64,000 nt of DNA from Alphaproteobacteria bacterium. Lineage in GTDB: Bacteria > Pseudomonadota > Alphaproteobacteria > UBA828. The stretch covers positions 2,464,001-2,528,000 of the forward strand of contig CBDCCI010000002.1 of assembly GCA_965214705.1 (NCBI GenBank). Direction: 5' to 3'. The translations under genes and the position numbers were made by a program. This document shows, piece after piece, positions 9,496 to 18,336 of this stretch. Under the pieces are notes generated by a model that did no database searches, was not told the origin of the DNA, and was given only the letters and a program-made list of their open reading frames with translations. The stretch's first letter is position 1. Every line of letters starts with the position of its first letter.

Positions 9496-10737
9496 TCACG
9501 GTTTCCCCCTGTGGGTCGGCGGCAGCGCCGGCGGGCCGCGCGTCGAGCGGGGCTCATGGCGGCGGCGGATTTCGCGGACGAGGCGCATGACGCCGCCGCA
9601 GTGGGGGCAGGCCACGGGCGCGGTGCCGATCTCGGGCTCTTCGTCGGGCTCGGCCCGAGCGCCGTCCACGCTTCCCTCGGGGGCGGCGCAGCCGAGGGCG
9701 CCGAGAGCCTGGCGTGCTCTCTCCAGCGTGCTGGCGCGGCAGCCGTTGGCGAGGATGCCGAAGTAGCGAATGCGGTGCATGCCGTCCGGCAGGACGTGCC
9801 TCAGGAAGCGGCGGATGAACTCGTCGGCGCTCACGGTGGCGATGCCGTAGCGCGGCTTTCTCTGCCCCGGCGCCTTGGGCTTTCGGTGGCGGAAGGAGAC
9901 CGTCTCGCCGTCGAAGGAGACGATGCGGCTGTCGGAGATGGCGATCCTGTGCGTGTAGTGCGAGAGGTACCGGAAGACCTGCTCAGGCCCGCGGAAGGGC
10001 CGCTTGGCGTAGACCACCCAGTCCCTGGCCCGGGCGGCGGCAAGCGTGGCGTGGAACTCGCCGGGATTGGCGAGGTGGGCGAGGGTGCCGTGGAACTCCA
10101 GGTCCCCCCGGCCGTGGGCGCGGGCGAGCTCCTCGAGGAAGAGGCGGCGGAACAGGCTGCCGAGGACCTTGACGGGGGCGAGGAAGGTGGTGCTCCCCGT
10201 CTTCCACTCGCCACTGTCTACGTCGAAGCCCGCGTTGGGCACGACCACGTGCAGGTGCGGGTGGAAGCGGAGCTTCTGATCCCAGGTATGGAGGACCGCG
10301 GTGCCGCCGATGCGCATGCCGCCGTGGCGGGGATCGGCGGCGATGGTGCGCAGGGTCTCGGCGACGGCCCGGAAGAGGATGTCGAACACCACCCTGCGGT
10401 TGCAGAAGGCAATGGCGGCAACCTCCTTGGGCAGGGTGAAGACCACATGGAAGTAGGGCACCGGCAGGATGTCCCCGGCGCGCTCCTCGCTCCAGAGGTT
10501 GGCGGCGAGACCCTGGCAGGTGGGGCAGTGGCGGTTGCGGCAGGAGTTGAAGAGCGGATGCTCGCGCCCGCAGCCCTCGCAGGCGTACATGTGGCCGCCG
10601 AGCACGGCGGTGCGGCACGCCTCGATGGCGCCCATGACCTTGAGCCGGGCGGCGTCGATGCGCCCTTTGTGGCGCTCACGGAAAGCGGCGCCGGCGCGGC
10701 GGAAGATCTCCGCCACGCCCGCGCGTTCGGCCTCCAC
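9496..10737 (-). CDS. IS91 family transposase (Zn-binding + Y2 HUH)
   Basis: CRTAVLGGH, SCRNRHCPTC, YFHVVFTLP, LHTWDQKLRFHPHLH (HUH), YLSHYTHR (YxxxY), RIRYFGILAN, CPHCG. Confidence 0.95.
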   Translation of the reverse strand: MEAERAGVAEIFRRAGAAFRERHKGRIDAARLKVMGAIEACRTAVLGGHMYACEGCGREHPLFNSCRNRHCPTCQGLAANLWSEERAGDILPVPYFHVVFTLPKEVAAIAFCNRRVVFDILFRAVAETLRTIAADPRHGGMRIGGTAVLHTWDQKLRFHPHLHVVVPNAGFDVDSGEWKTGSTTFLAPVKVLGSLFRRLFLEELARAHGRGDLEFHGTLAHLANPGEFHATLAAARARDWVVYAKRPFRGPEQVFRYLSHYTHRIAISDSRIVSFDGETVSFRHRKPKAPGQRKPRYGIATVSADEFIRRFLRHVLPDGMHRIRYFGILANGCRASTLERARQALGALGCAAPEGSVDGARAEPDEEPEIGTAPVACPHCGGVMRLVREIRRRHEPRSTRGPPALPPTHRGKP

Positions 10738-10743
10738 GCGCCG

Positions 10744-11622
10744 TCAGTTGCGCAACGCTGCGAAGCCTGAGATCGGGTGGTCGAGGCCCTCGAACATCTT
10801 GCCGGTGACGCGGGCGTAGTGACGGGTCGTGTTCGCGCTTCGATGGCCGAGCATGTCCCGGATCACCTCGATATCGCCGCCGCGCTCGAGGAGATGGGTC
10901 GCCGCCGAATGGCGCAGGCAATGGAAGGTGTAGCTGCGGTCGAGCTCGGCAATGTCGCGCGCCCTCCTGAAGGCGGCCTGCAAGGTCTCCGTTGCGATGG
11001 GCCTGTCGAGCGAGACGCCGTAGAAGAGCCAGCTCGTCGGACGCGGCCAGATGTTCCTGTAGTAGACGCGCAAGTAGTGGATGACGATGTCCGGCAACGG
11101 TGCCATTCTCTCGGTGCCGCCTTTGCCGGAGGGGATGTGCAGCAGCTTCTTCTCCGACAGGATGTCGCCGACCTTGATGGCCAAGGTCTCGGAGATGCGG
11201 AGCCCGCCGCCATAGCCGGTGACAATGGCAGCACGGTGGCGGAGGTCGGGTGTCGCAAGGATGAGGTGCTCGACCTCCTGCTCCGACATGTAGCGCGGCA
11301 GCTTGCCGGGCTTCTTGCGGGAGCGCAGGCCGGCGACATGGTCAGGCCAGCCGAGTGTGTCGATGTAGAGGAAGTTCAGCGCGGCGAAGGAGACGTTGGT
11401 CGTGCCCGGACTGAGCCCCTTGTCGATCCGCCCCAGGTACCACTGGCGCACCTGCTCGGCGTCGAGCTCGTCCGGCGAGGCGTCGTAGTACCTGGCCAGG
11501 TTCTTGATCTCGCAGATGTAGGCCTTGGACGTGCTCGCGGCCAGATTGGCGATGCGGAGCTGCTCCTCCATGCGCTGGCGAAGAGGGGTGACGGTGTTCG
11601 TGTCGCACGCGGTCCCGGTCAT
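10744..11622 (-). CDS. Tyrosine recombinase/integrase
   Basis: N-terminal TPLRQRMEEQLRIANL; GLRISE, GKGG, HCLRHSAATHLLE, LGH, TRHY. GGAG precedes ATG 11622. Confidence 0.93.
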   Translation of the reverse strand: MTGTACDTNTVTPLRQRMEEQLRIANLAASTSKAYICEIKNLARYYDASPDELDAEQVRQWYLGRIDKGLSPGTTNVSFAALNFLYIDTLGWPDHVAGLRSRKKPGKLPRYMSEQEVEHLILATPDLRHRAAIVTGYGGGLRISETLAIKVGDILSEKKLLHIPSGKGGTERMAPLPDIVIHYLRVYYRNIWPRPTSWLFYGVSLDRPIATETLQAAFRRARDIAELDRSYTFHCLRHSAATHLLERGGDIEVIRDMLGHRSANTTRHYARVTGKMFEGLDHPISGFAALRN

Positions 11623-11818
11623 TATCGATCTCCCTGGATCGCGACGGCGCGCCGCCGGACCGATCCGGCGACGGTCCGTCGCAGGGGTCGATACTAACCA
11701 CTGGTGATCGGGAGGCTGCTGGGGATCCGCCACCCGACGGGCGGAGCGCCACTGACGCAACCGGGAAGCGAACGCACAGAACAAACGGCACCCGCGACGC
11801 CTCGGAAATGAATGAACT

Positions 11819-13090
11819 CTACGCCGCTAACTCCGCGTAGCGGCTTCGTTCAAATGCGGATGCCAGTTCTTCGAGCCAGCGGGGGGCGCGCTGCTTCGCC
11901 ATGACGGTGCTGATTTCGGCGCCGAGCGCATCGGCATCGTCGGCGCCGCGCAGGCGCGACAGCGCCTGGGTGAATCCGATGCCGTAGGACTCCCTCATCC
12001 GCCGCCGCACGGCGTCGGAGATACGGTTGGCAGCGACCTTGAGCTCGGTCAGTTCGTTGTCCCGAACGAGCGCGTCGGGACGGGTGAATTGCAGAGTGCC
12101 GGTGTCCTCGTTCGCAGCCCGGATGCGCGCCTCAAGCGCGTAGAAGTCTGCTGGGGACGCCTCCGCGCTCCTCGCCTCGGGCTCCGGGACGGTCGCCGTT
12201 CGGGTGCCGGCGGGCTTCTTTGCAGCATTCTCCGGAACACTCTCTTCCTGTTCTTCTTCGACGACGACGATCTCGGCGTGTTCGGCCAGGGCCCGCAGCC
12301 AGCGGATTTCATTGGGATCGAAGGCGTGCAGGCGATAGCTGGTCGCGGGCGTGTAGTAGCGCCGCAGCGGCGCACGCACGCCGCGTCCAGCTCGCAGGCG
12401 GATCGCGCTGAGCGACGCGCGCGTCTTCAAGCTCTGCCCGTTCCAGGCCCGCTCGAGCGCGTTTGCCACGCCTGCAGTCGTGCGGCGCTCCCGCACGTCT
12501 TCGAAATGGGATTGGAGATGCTCGAAGATCCTGACGGCGCAGAGGACCACAAGGCTCGATTCCGCGCCGGCCGCCGCCTTGTGCCTCTCGCCGGCCTGGG
12601 TCCAGCGCTCGGCGGTTTCGTGCACCGTCGTCGCCAACTCGAGAGCGAGGATCACGTATCCGGCAACCGACTCGGGACGAATGCCGACATGAAGCTCGCC
12701 CTTCGAGCCGTTCCATACGCGGTAGCACTCGCCTTCCGCCGCGACGGCTACGCTTCGACTCCAGGCGCCCGCAGAGACGACATTCTCAGCACCGGCAGCG
12801 AGGTCGGAGGCCGCGATCCCGACATCTCCGATCAGCCGGTTCCCGAGGACTTCGACAGGCTCAGGCAGGCGTCGGTGCGCACGGGCCGCTTCGCCGAGCA
12901 TGGCCCCCGTCTCCGGACGCTCGAGCGCGGTCCAATCGAGCGGCGCGTCTGCGTCGAGCCTGTCTCTGACCGCATTCGGGAGCGCCTTCACGGCGCGGGT
13001 GAACAGTTTGTCGGTATTCACACTGAGACTCCTTGCGACTGGTATGGAAAGCTCCGACTGGGAAGGTCCAGGGTCCCGCCTTTCTGTCAT
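11819..13090 (-). CDS. Hypothetical protein, 423 aa; last residues overlap the element's inverted end
   Basis: Long ORF 39 bp downstream of cpaB on the same strand. No recognised motif. Confidence 0.6.
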   Translation of the reverse strand: MTERRDPGPSQSELSIPVARSLSVNTDKLFTRAVKALPNAVRDRLDADAPLDWTALERPETGAMLGEAARAHRRLPEPVEVLGNRLIGDVGIAASDLAAGAENVVSAGAWSRSVAVAAEGECYRVWNGSKGELHVGIRPESVAGYVILALELATTVHETAERWTQAGERHKAAAGAESSLVVLCAVRIFEHLQSHFEDVRERRTTAGVANALERAWNGQSLKTRASLSAIRLRAGRGVRAPLRRYYTPATSYRLHAFDPNEIRWLRALAEHAEIVVVEEEQEESVPENAAKKPAGTRTATVPEPEARSAEASPADFYALEARIRAANEDTGTLQFTRPDALVRDNELTELKVAANRISDAVRRRMRESYGIGFTQALSRLRGADDADALGAEISTVMAKQRAPRWLEELASAFERSRYAELAA

Positions 13091-13129
13091 CGCCGGCTTC
13101 CTAGCCCCTGAGAGTTGTGGACGAATGGA

Positions 13130-14077
13130 TTAGGGAGTCGTTTCGAGCTCCGCGTTTTCGAATGCGGCCGGCCCTGCGTCCGCCTCGAAGGCCACGCCGG
13201 TGACTTCCGTTCCCCGGATGACACGCACTGTCGTGTGCAGCTCGGGTTCAGGCGCCTCGGGTGGTGCTGGCTGCAGAGACAGCAAGGTTCGTGCGTCGAC
13301 GGGGCCGGTCCGTACCGTCTGCGCGCCGCCTGCAGCGAGCGGTCGAACGGCCAGAGCGAGCTCGCCTTCGAACTCTCCGAGCGCGAGGAGTCCCGTCTGC
13401 TCGGGCAACACCTCCAGGGTGGCCGTGACGATTTCGGTGCGCTCGATTTCCCGGCCGTCTTCCCCCGGCGCGGCGGTGCTTCCGATGCTTCTGTCGACCG
13501 CGAGCACCCGCACGTCCTCGAGGATCGTCCGCGAGAGCACGTTTTGCAGACCGTCCGAACGCGATTTCGCCGTGAGGACGACATCCACGCGATCGCCGGG
13601 ATCAACGAGGCCGGAGTGGCGCGTGCCGGCGCCTAGACGGATGGTCATGGCCCGCATGCCGGGCTTGAGCACGGCTGCGAGGAATCCTCTCTGGCGCGGC
13701 CCAACCAGCGCCCGCCAGGTCACCGGTGCGGCGTGGGCGAGCGCCTCGCGCACGACATAGCCGTACGGCACCTGGGCCGCGTCCGAGCTGTCCAAGAGGA
13801 TGTGGCTGCGGCGGACCGAATCCTCTTCGATCCCGAGTTCCGTCAGGTCCTCCTCTCGGAGCAGGGTGCCGACCGGCAAGTCGCGGGCGGCCGCAAGCAC
13901 CATGCGAAGCTCGGGCTCCTCCACAGGCGGCGGCTCCGGCTGGGCGGCAACGGCGGCCTGAGTCTCGACCTGCTCGGGCTGGCCGGCGGGCAGCATGTAG
14001 CGCATCACGAACACGCCGACGATCATCGGAACAATGCCCAACAGGGCCACGATGATCACGGTGCGGTATCGTCTCAT
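13130..14077 (-). CDS. cpaB: Flp pilus assembly protein CpaB/RcpC
   Basis: N-terminal TM, SAF domain VLAAARDLPVGTLL, LKPGMRAMTI, PGDRVDVVLT, ILEDVRVLAVD, TATLEV. Confidence 0.93.
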   Translation of the reverse strand: MRRYRTVIIVALLGIVPMIVGVFVMRYMLPAGQPEQVETQAAVAAQPEPPPVEEPELRMVLAAARDLPVGTLLREEDLTELGIEEDSVRRSHILLDSSDAAQVPYGYVVREALAHAAPVTWRALVGPRQRGFLAAVLKPGMRAMTIRLGAGTRHSGLVDPGDRVDVVLTAKSRSDGLQNVLSRTILEDVRVLAVDRSIGSTAAPGEDGREIERTEIVTATLEVLPEQTGLLALGEFEGELALAVRPLAAGGAQTVRTGPVDARTLLSLQPAPPEAPEPELHTTVRVIRGTEVTGVAFEADAGPAAFENAELETTP

Positions 14078-14095
14078 CGAGTCAGCTCCCCCGGT

Positions 14096-14569
14096 TCAAA
14101 TGCCATCGGACAGCGCACGCAGTGTCACGACGATGATGGCGGGCGGTGCGATCGCGACGGCGAAGGGCAGTTCCGAACGCATGCGCCGTGTGCGTTCGAA
14201 AGGCAGCAGAGCGACCAAGCACAAGGCGAGCGCGAATGCGGCCAGACTGCATAGGAAGATTCCCAGCCAAGCCAGCGTCGGCCCGATCCAGAGGCCGGCG
14301 ACAGCAAGAAGCTTGGCGTCGCCTGCACCGAAACGCCCCGTGAGATAGAGCGCGAAGCCCGCGACCAGGATGAGTGCTCCAACGGCGAAGTGCTGCCACA
14401 GGGATCCCGCCGGGCCGGCGGCGCCGGTCGCCGCGTAGATCGCGAAGAACGCGAGCAGCATCAGGGGAACCTCGTTGGGGATTCGTCGTCGGCGGACATC
14501 GGTCGCAACGCTGGCGGCGAACAGCCCGCAGGCCGCCGTCTCCGCGACATACACGCCTAGGCTCTCCAT
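14096..14569 (-). CDS. cpaA: Prepilin peptidase CpaA/TadV (A24)
   Basis: TDVRRRRIPN and FGAGDAKL catalytic Asp motifs, ELPFAVAI, multiple TMs. Start is approximate. Confidence 0.9.
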   Translation of the reverse strand: MESLGVYVAETAACGLFAASVATDVRRRRIPNEVPLMLLAFFAIYAATGAAGPAGSLWQHFAVGALILVAGFALYLTGRFGAGDAKLLAVAGLWIGPTLAWLGIFLCSLAAFALALCLVALLPFERTRRMRSELPFAVAIAPPAIIVVTLRALSDGI

Positions 14570-14612
14570 TCTCGGCCACTCCTGCTCGAGTCCGCATGCC
14601 CGCATAGCCCTC

Positions 14613-16352
14613 TTAGGGATTGGGTACGCCGGCCGGCAGCGTGATCTGCGCCACGGTTCCCTGGCCGGGCAACGAGTTGATCTTGATGACGCCTTCGTGC
14701 CTCTTGACGAGATAGCCGGCGAGCGTGAGACCGATCCCCAGCGCCTCCTCCCTGGTCGTGTAGAAGGGCTGGAAGATGTTCATGCGCTTTTCGGCGGGAA
14801 TACCGTTTCCGTTGTCGATGACGGTGATGAGGATCTCGTCGTCTTTGCGCGTCGAATCGACTCGGACCATGCCCTTCCTCTCGCCCAGGTCGCGCACGGC
14901 AAGCACGGAGTTGTCGATGATCTTGGTCAGCATGAGGCGCAACTCGGCCCTCGACGCCAGGATCTCGGGGATGTCACCCAGCCTCTTCGTGATCAGCCTG
15001 TTGGCCTCGGGCCCGCATTCCTCTATGGCCTCTTCGATGCAGGCGTTGATGTCGGTCATGCTGCGGTTGACATGGTTCCGCGGCATCGCGCTCACGGACT
15101 CGAGCCGTCTGGCCAAATCGGAAATGCCCTTCGCCTCCTGGCGGACGCTGGATGAAATCGCCGACAACGCTGCCATCTCCTCGTCGAGATCGATGCCGTC
15201 GTGCACCTCGGCGACGGTGTCGCCGTTGTCGAGCGCGTTCTGCAGGTGCTGCCGGGTCTGTCCCAGATAGTCCATGCGGGCATCGATCTGATCCGCCGAG
15301 GCGGCCAGGCTGCCGGCGGCGCACTTGACCACGAACCCGTTGATTGTCGCCTTCTCCAGATCGGCTTCGGCGCTCGTCGGCGGCGAGGCCTCGGCCTGTC
15401 GGACCGCGACGGGAGCCGGGGACGGGCGGGGGCCAATGCTCGGCTGCGACGACGCCAATGGCTCCGGCGGCGGGGCGGCGGCGGCGGTTCCGGCGGCGGC
15501 CGCGTCGGTCCCGCCCCGCCGTCTCTGGTGCAATGCAAGCAGAATCCAGAAGAGCGCCAACAGGGCGATGACGACCAGCATCCCGCGATCGTAATAGGCG
15601 AGCTGAACTTCCTTGCGGCCCAGCTCGAACCGCAAGCTGCCAGCGAGCTCGTCGGTGAGGCGGGAAATCTTGTCCGACGTGGCCTCCTCGAAGAGCTCCT
15701 CAATCGGACCCTGCCTGTTAAGAAGCACCTCCGCGTGTGAAAAGAGATTGGAGAGCGTGTTCGCCAGGGCCGGCGGATAGCGCACGCTCGTTTCGCGAAG
15801 GGATTCCATTTCGCGTCTGAGACGGGTCTGGGCTTCGTCGCTGGGTGTGACCAGATAGAGGTCCATCTCCTGGGTCAGTCCTGAGATGTCCCGCGCCAGT
15901 TGCTGGTCGCCCAGCTGCTCGGCCTGCTGCACCGCGTTCGCGGCCGCCAGGGGCAGATAGCGGGTCGAATTGCGCACCACCGCGTAGCCGGTCTTGAAGC
16001 GCTCGACCCGCTCCTCCTTCGCATCGATGGCGCTGATGTAAGCGTTGATGGAGTTGGCGAGTCGGTCAGGAAGATCGGGAATGCTGCGGGCGGTCTCGGA
16101 CAGATCCGTCTTGAGACGCGCCATGCGGGGAATGAACGCGGCCAGCGAATCGAAGTCCGCGAGAGGATCCGACTTGACCCGCGAGAGCTCGATGCTCCAG
16201 TCCGAGGAGAGCCGCTGGATCTGCTGGACCGTGCCGATGGAGCTGCGGTAGTGCCGCTCGCCGCCGTCGTTCGCCATCAGGTACAGGACGCCGGCCGCCG
16301 CCAACAGGATGACGGTCGCGACGGCACCGACAATCAGTGCGCCAGGTTTCAT
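14613..16352 (-). CDS. Membrane sensor kinase-like protein (DAHL-like periplasmic domain + HATPase_c), H-box degenerate
   Basis: ATG 16352 overlaps the peroxidase stop (ATGA). TM, VERFKTGYAVVRNSTRYLP (DAHL-like), TM, then IDN, DNGNGI, IFQPFYTT, GIGL boxes. Confidence 0.85.
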   Translation of the reverse strand: MKPGALIVGAVATVILLAAAGVLYLMANDGGERHYRSSIGTVQQIQRLSSDWSIELSRVKSDPLADFDSLAAFIPRMARLKTDLSETARSIPDLPDRLANSINAYISAIDAKEERVERFKTGYAVVRNSTRYLPLAAANAVQQAEQLGDQQLARDISGLTQEMDLYLVTPSDEAQTRLRREMESLRETSVRYPPALANTLSNLFSHAEVLLNRQGPIEELFEEATSDKISRLTDELAGSLRFELGRKEVQLAYYDRGMLVVIALLALFWILLALHQRRRGGTDAAAAGTAAAAPPPEPLASSQPSIGPRPSPAPVAVRQAEASPPTSAEADLEKATINGFVVKCAAGSLAASADQIDARMDYLGQTRQHLQNALDNGDTVAEVHDGIDLDEEMAALSAISSSVRQEAKGISDLARRLESVSAMPRNHVNRSMTDINACIEEAIEECGPEANRLITKRLGDIPEILASRAELRLMLTKIIDNSVLAVRDLGERKGMVRVDSTRKDDEILITVIDNGNGIPAEKRMNIFQPFYTTREEALGIGLTLAGYLVKRHEGVIKINSLPGQGTVAQITLPAGVPNP

Positions 16353-17317
16353 TGCGAGAAGTCCTCCGATTCGCCCGCCAGCGTCTTGATGAAGGCAACG
16401 ATGGCGTCCTTGTCTTCGTCGGGCGCCTCGCGCCCCAGCTGGAACTCGAACATCGCGTCCACGGCGTCCCGCAGGGTCTCGGCGGTTCCGTCGTGGAGGT
16501 AGGGCGCGGTGTGGGCCGCCATGCGCAGGCTGGGAACCTTGAAGGAGTGGCGATCCTCTTCGTTCCCGGTGATGTTGTAGAGACCGAGATCCGCGTCGGT
16601 TATGTCGCCCCTCTTCTTGAAATAGTCGTTCAGCACGCCGAAGACCTGAAACATGTTGCCGCCGACGTTGACTCCCTGGTGGCACGACACGCAGCCGTAG
16701 TCCTTGAACAGGGCATAGCCCTCGTTTTCCAAGGGGCTCAGGGCGTTGTCGTCGCCCTTCAGCCACTGGTCGAAGCGGCTGTTCGGGGTGATGAGGGACC
16801 TGACGAACTCGGCGATCGCGTTCTTGACGTTCTTGCGGTTGATCCCGTCCGCATAGATCGCCGCGAACTCGGCCGGATAGCCGTCGTCCTGATAGAGTTT
16901 GGCGACGACCTCCGGCCACAGATTTCCCATCTCGATGGGGCTCTGCACCGGGCCGTCGATCTGCGCGTCGAGTGTCTTGGCGCGCCCGTCCCAGAATTGC
17001 TTGAAGTTGAAACCGGCGTTGAACACCGTTGGCGAGTTGATGACCCCGGGCCTGCCGTCGATTCCGATGGAAACCTTGAGCCCGTCGTCGCCCCCGCTCG
17101 AGAGGTCGTGGCAACTCGCACAGGAGACCGTGTCGTCCTTGGAGAGCATGGTGTCGTGGAACAGCATCCTGCCGAGCTCCACCTTGCGCGGATCCACGTC
17201 GATCGCCTCCGGGATCGGCTTGATCGGCTCCTCCTCCTCCCGGCCCACCGCCAGCGCGACCGACAGACAAAGGGCGAGGCCGGCAACTGCCGGGATCAGC
17301 AGCGATCTTGCGTGCAT
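16349..17317 (-). CDS. Di-haem cytochrome c peroxidase family protein
   Basis: Signal peptide, LGRMLFHDTMLS, CASCH, NSPTVFN, QFWDGRA, CVSCH, FKVPSLR, TAPYLHDG. Confidence 0.95.
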   Translation of the reverse strand: MHARSLLIPAVAGLALCLSVALAVGREEEEPIKPIPEAIDVDPRKVELGRMLFHDTMLSKDDTVSCASCHDLSSGGDDGLKVSIGIDGRPGVINSPTVFNAGFNFKQFWDGRAKTLDAQIDGPVQSPIEMGNLWPEVVAKLYQDDGYPAEFAAIYADGINRKNVKNAIAEFVRSLITPNSRFDQWLKGDDNALSPLENEGYALFKDYGCVSCHQGVNVGGNMFQVFGVLNDYFKKRGDITDADLGLYNITGNEEDRHSFKVPSLRMAAHTAPYLHDGTAETLRDAVDAMFEFQLGREAPDEDKDAIVAFIKTLAGESEDFSQ

Positions 17318-17318
17318 G

Positions 17319-18320
17319 TCACTCGCCACCCGGTCCGGCTCCGATGCTGCCAAGTCCGCCCAAGGCATCCATGGCCGACAGGAACGCAGGCCCAGCGATG
17401 AGCAGCATGGTGCCGGGGACCACCAAGAGAAGCATCGGAAGGGTCATGAGCACCGGCAGCTTGGCTGACCAGGCCGTGATGCGGGCGGCGCGCTGAACAC
17501 GCTCGCCGGCTGCAATGTTCTTTATCGACTGAGTGAGGGGGGTTCCGTAGCGATCGCCCTGGATGAGGGTCATCGCGAAGTCGCGCAGGCCCTCCACGTC
17601 GCTACGCTCGTGATAGGCCTTCAGCACCGCCCGGCGGTCGGATCCGAGCCGAAGTTCGGCGTCGATGAGACGGAACTCACTCGCGAGGTTCGGCTCGATG
17701 GGCATGAGCTCGTGTGCCACCGTCGCAAGGGCCCGCTCGAAGGTAAGGCCCGATTCGAGGCACATCACCATCAAGTCGAGGGCGTCGGGGAGCGCGGCGG
17801 CCACGCGGCGCCTGCGCCGCTTCACCATCGAGCGCACCACGTACTCAGGCACGATGCCGCCGATCACGAGGCCGGCTACACCGGCGAAAGCGACGAGAGC
17901 GCCGGGAGGAACCATGGTCACGGCCGGACCGATCAGGTTGCCGACCAGCGCGCAGAGGCCGGCACCGACGAGTCCGCATACAAGCTTGCAGGACAGGAAG
18001 AGGGAGAGGGTGTCCTCCCGTGCGAACCCGGCCTGGCGCAGCGTCCGCGTGAGTTTCTCGCGCTCGCGCGCGCCGAGGGGCACCAGCATCGATGCGGCTT
18101 GAAGCAGCAGAGGGCCGAGCGCCCGTGCCGACAGGCCCGCGGTGGCTGACCTGGCGGAACCGGAAGCCGGATCCGCGCGGAGAAGCTCGTGTCGGGGTAA
18201 GGCGAGCCGCCTGTCGAGCACGCGGGTGCGCTGGGTCTCAAGGAAGATGAACGGGGCAAAGATCGCGAGGATGGCGCCGCAGGCGACGGCGGCCACGATC
18301 ACGAACATCGAGCTGACCAC
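17319..18320 (-). CDS. tadC: TadC inner-membrane platform protein
   Basis: LPDALDLMVMCLESGL, GDRYGTPL, AKLPVLMTLPMLL. GTG start after GGAGAG. Confidence 0.92.
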   Translation of the reverse strand: MVSSMFVIVAAVACGAILAIFAPFIFLETQRTRVLDRRLALPRHELLRADPASGSARSATAGLSARALGPLLLQAASMLVPLGAREREKLTRTLRQAGFAREDTLSLFLSCKLVCGLVGAGLCALVGNLIGPAVTMVPPGALVAFAGVAGLVIGGIVPEYVVRSMVKRRRRRVAAALPDALDLMVMCLESGLTFERALATVAHELMPIEPNLASEFRLIDAELRLGSDRRAVLKAYHERSDVEGLRDFAMTLIQGDRYGTPLTQSIKNIAAGERVQRAARITAWSAKLPVLMTLPMLLLVVPGTMLLIAGPAFLSAMDALGGLGSIGAGPGGE

Positions 18321-18336
18321 GGCCCTCTCCCCTTCG

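Larger units (their letters stand above)
9233..11854 (-). mobile_element. Tyrosine recombinase + IS91-type (Y2/HUH) transposase element with 15-bp inverted ends
   Basis: TTTGAACGAAGCCGC (9233-9247) and GCGGCTTCGTTCAAA (11840-11854) bracket the two-gene unit. Exact ends are inferred. Confidence 0.75.

Noticed and set aside
9233-11854. Integron integrase with cassette array
   Set aside because: The recombinase is coupled to an IS91-type transposase and I see no repeated attC-like sites or cassette series.
16353-17270. N-terminal part of the 885-aa ORF as a peroxidase-kinase fusion
   Set aside because: It is an alternative frame over the peroxidase gene; the sensor starts at 16352 with an ATGA overlap.
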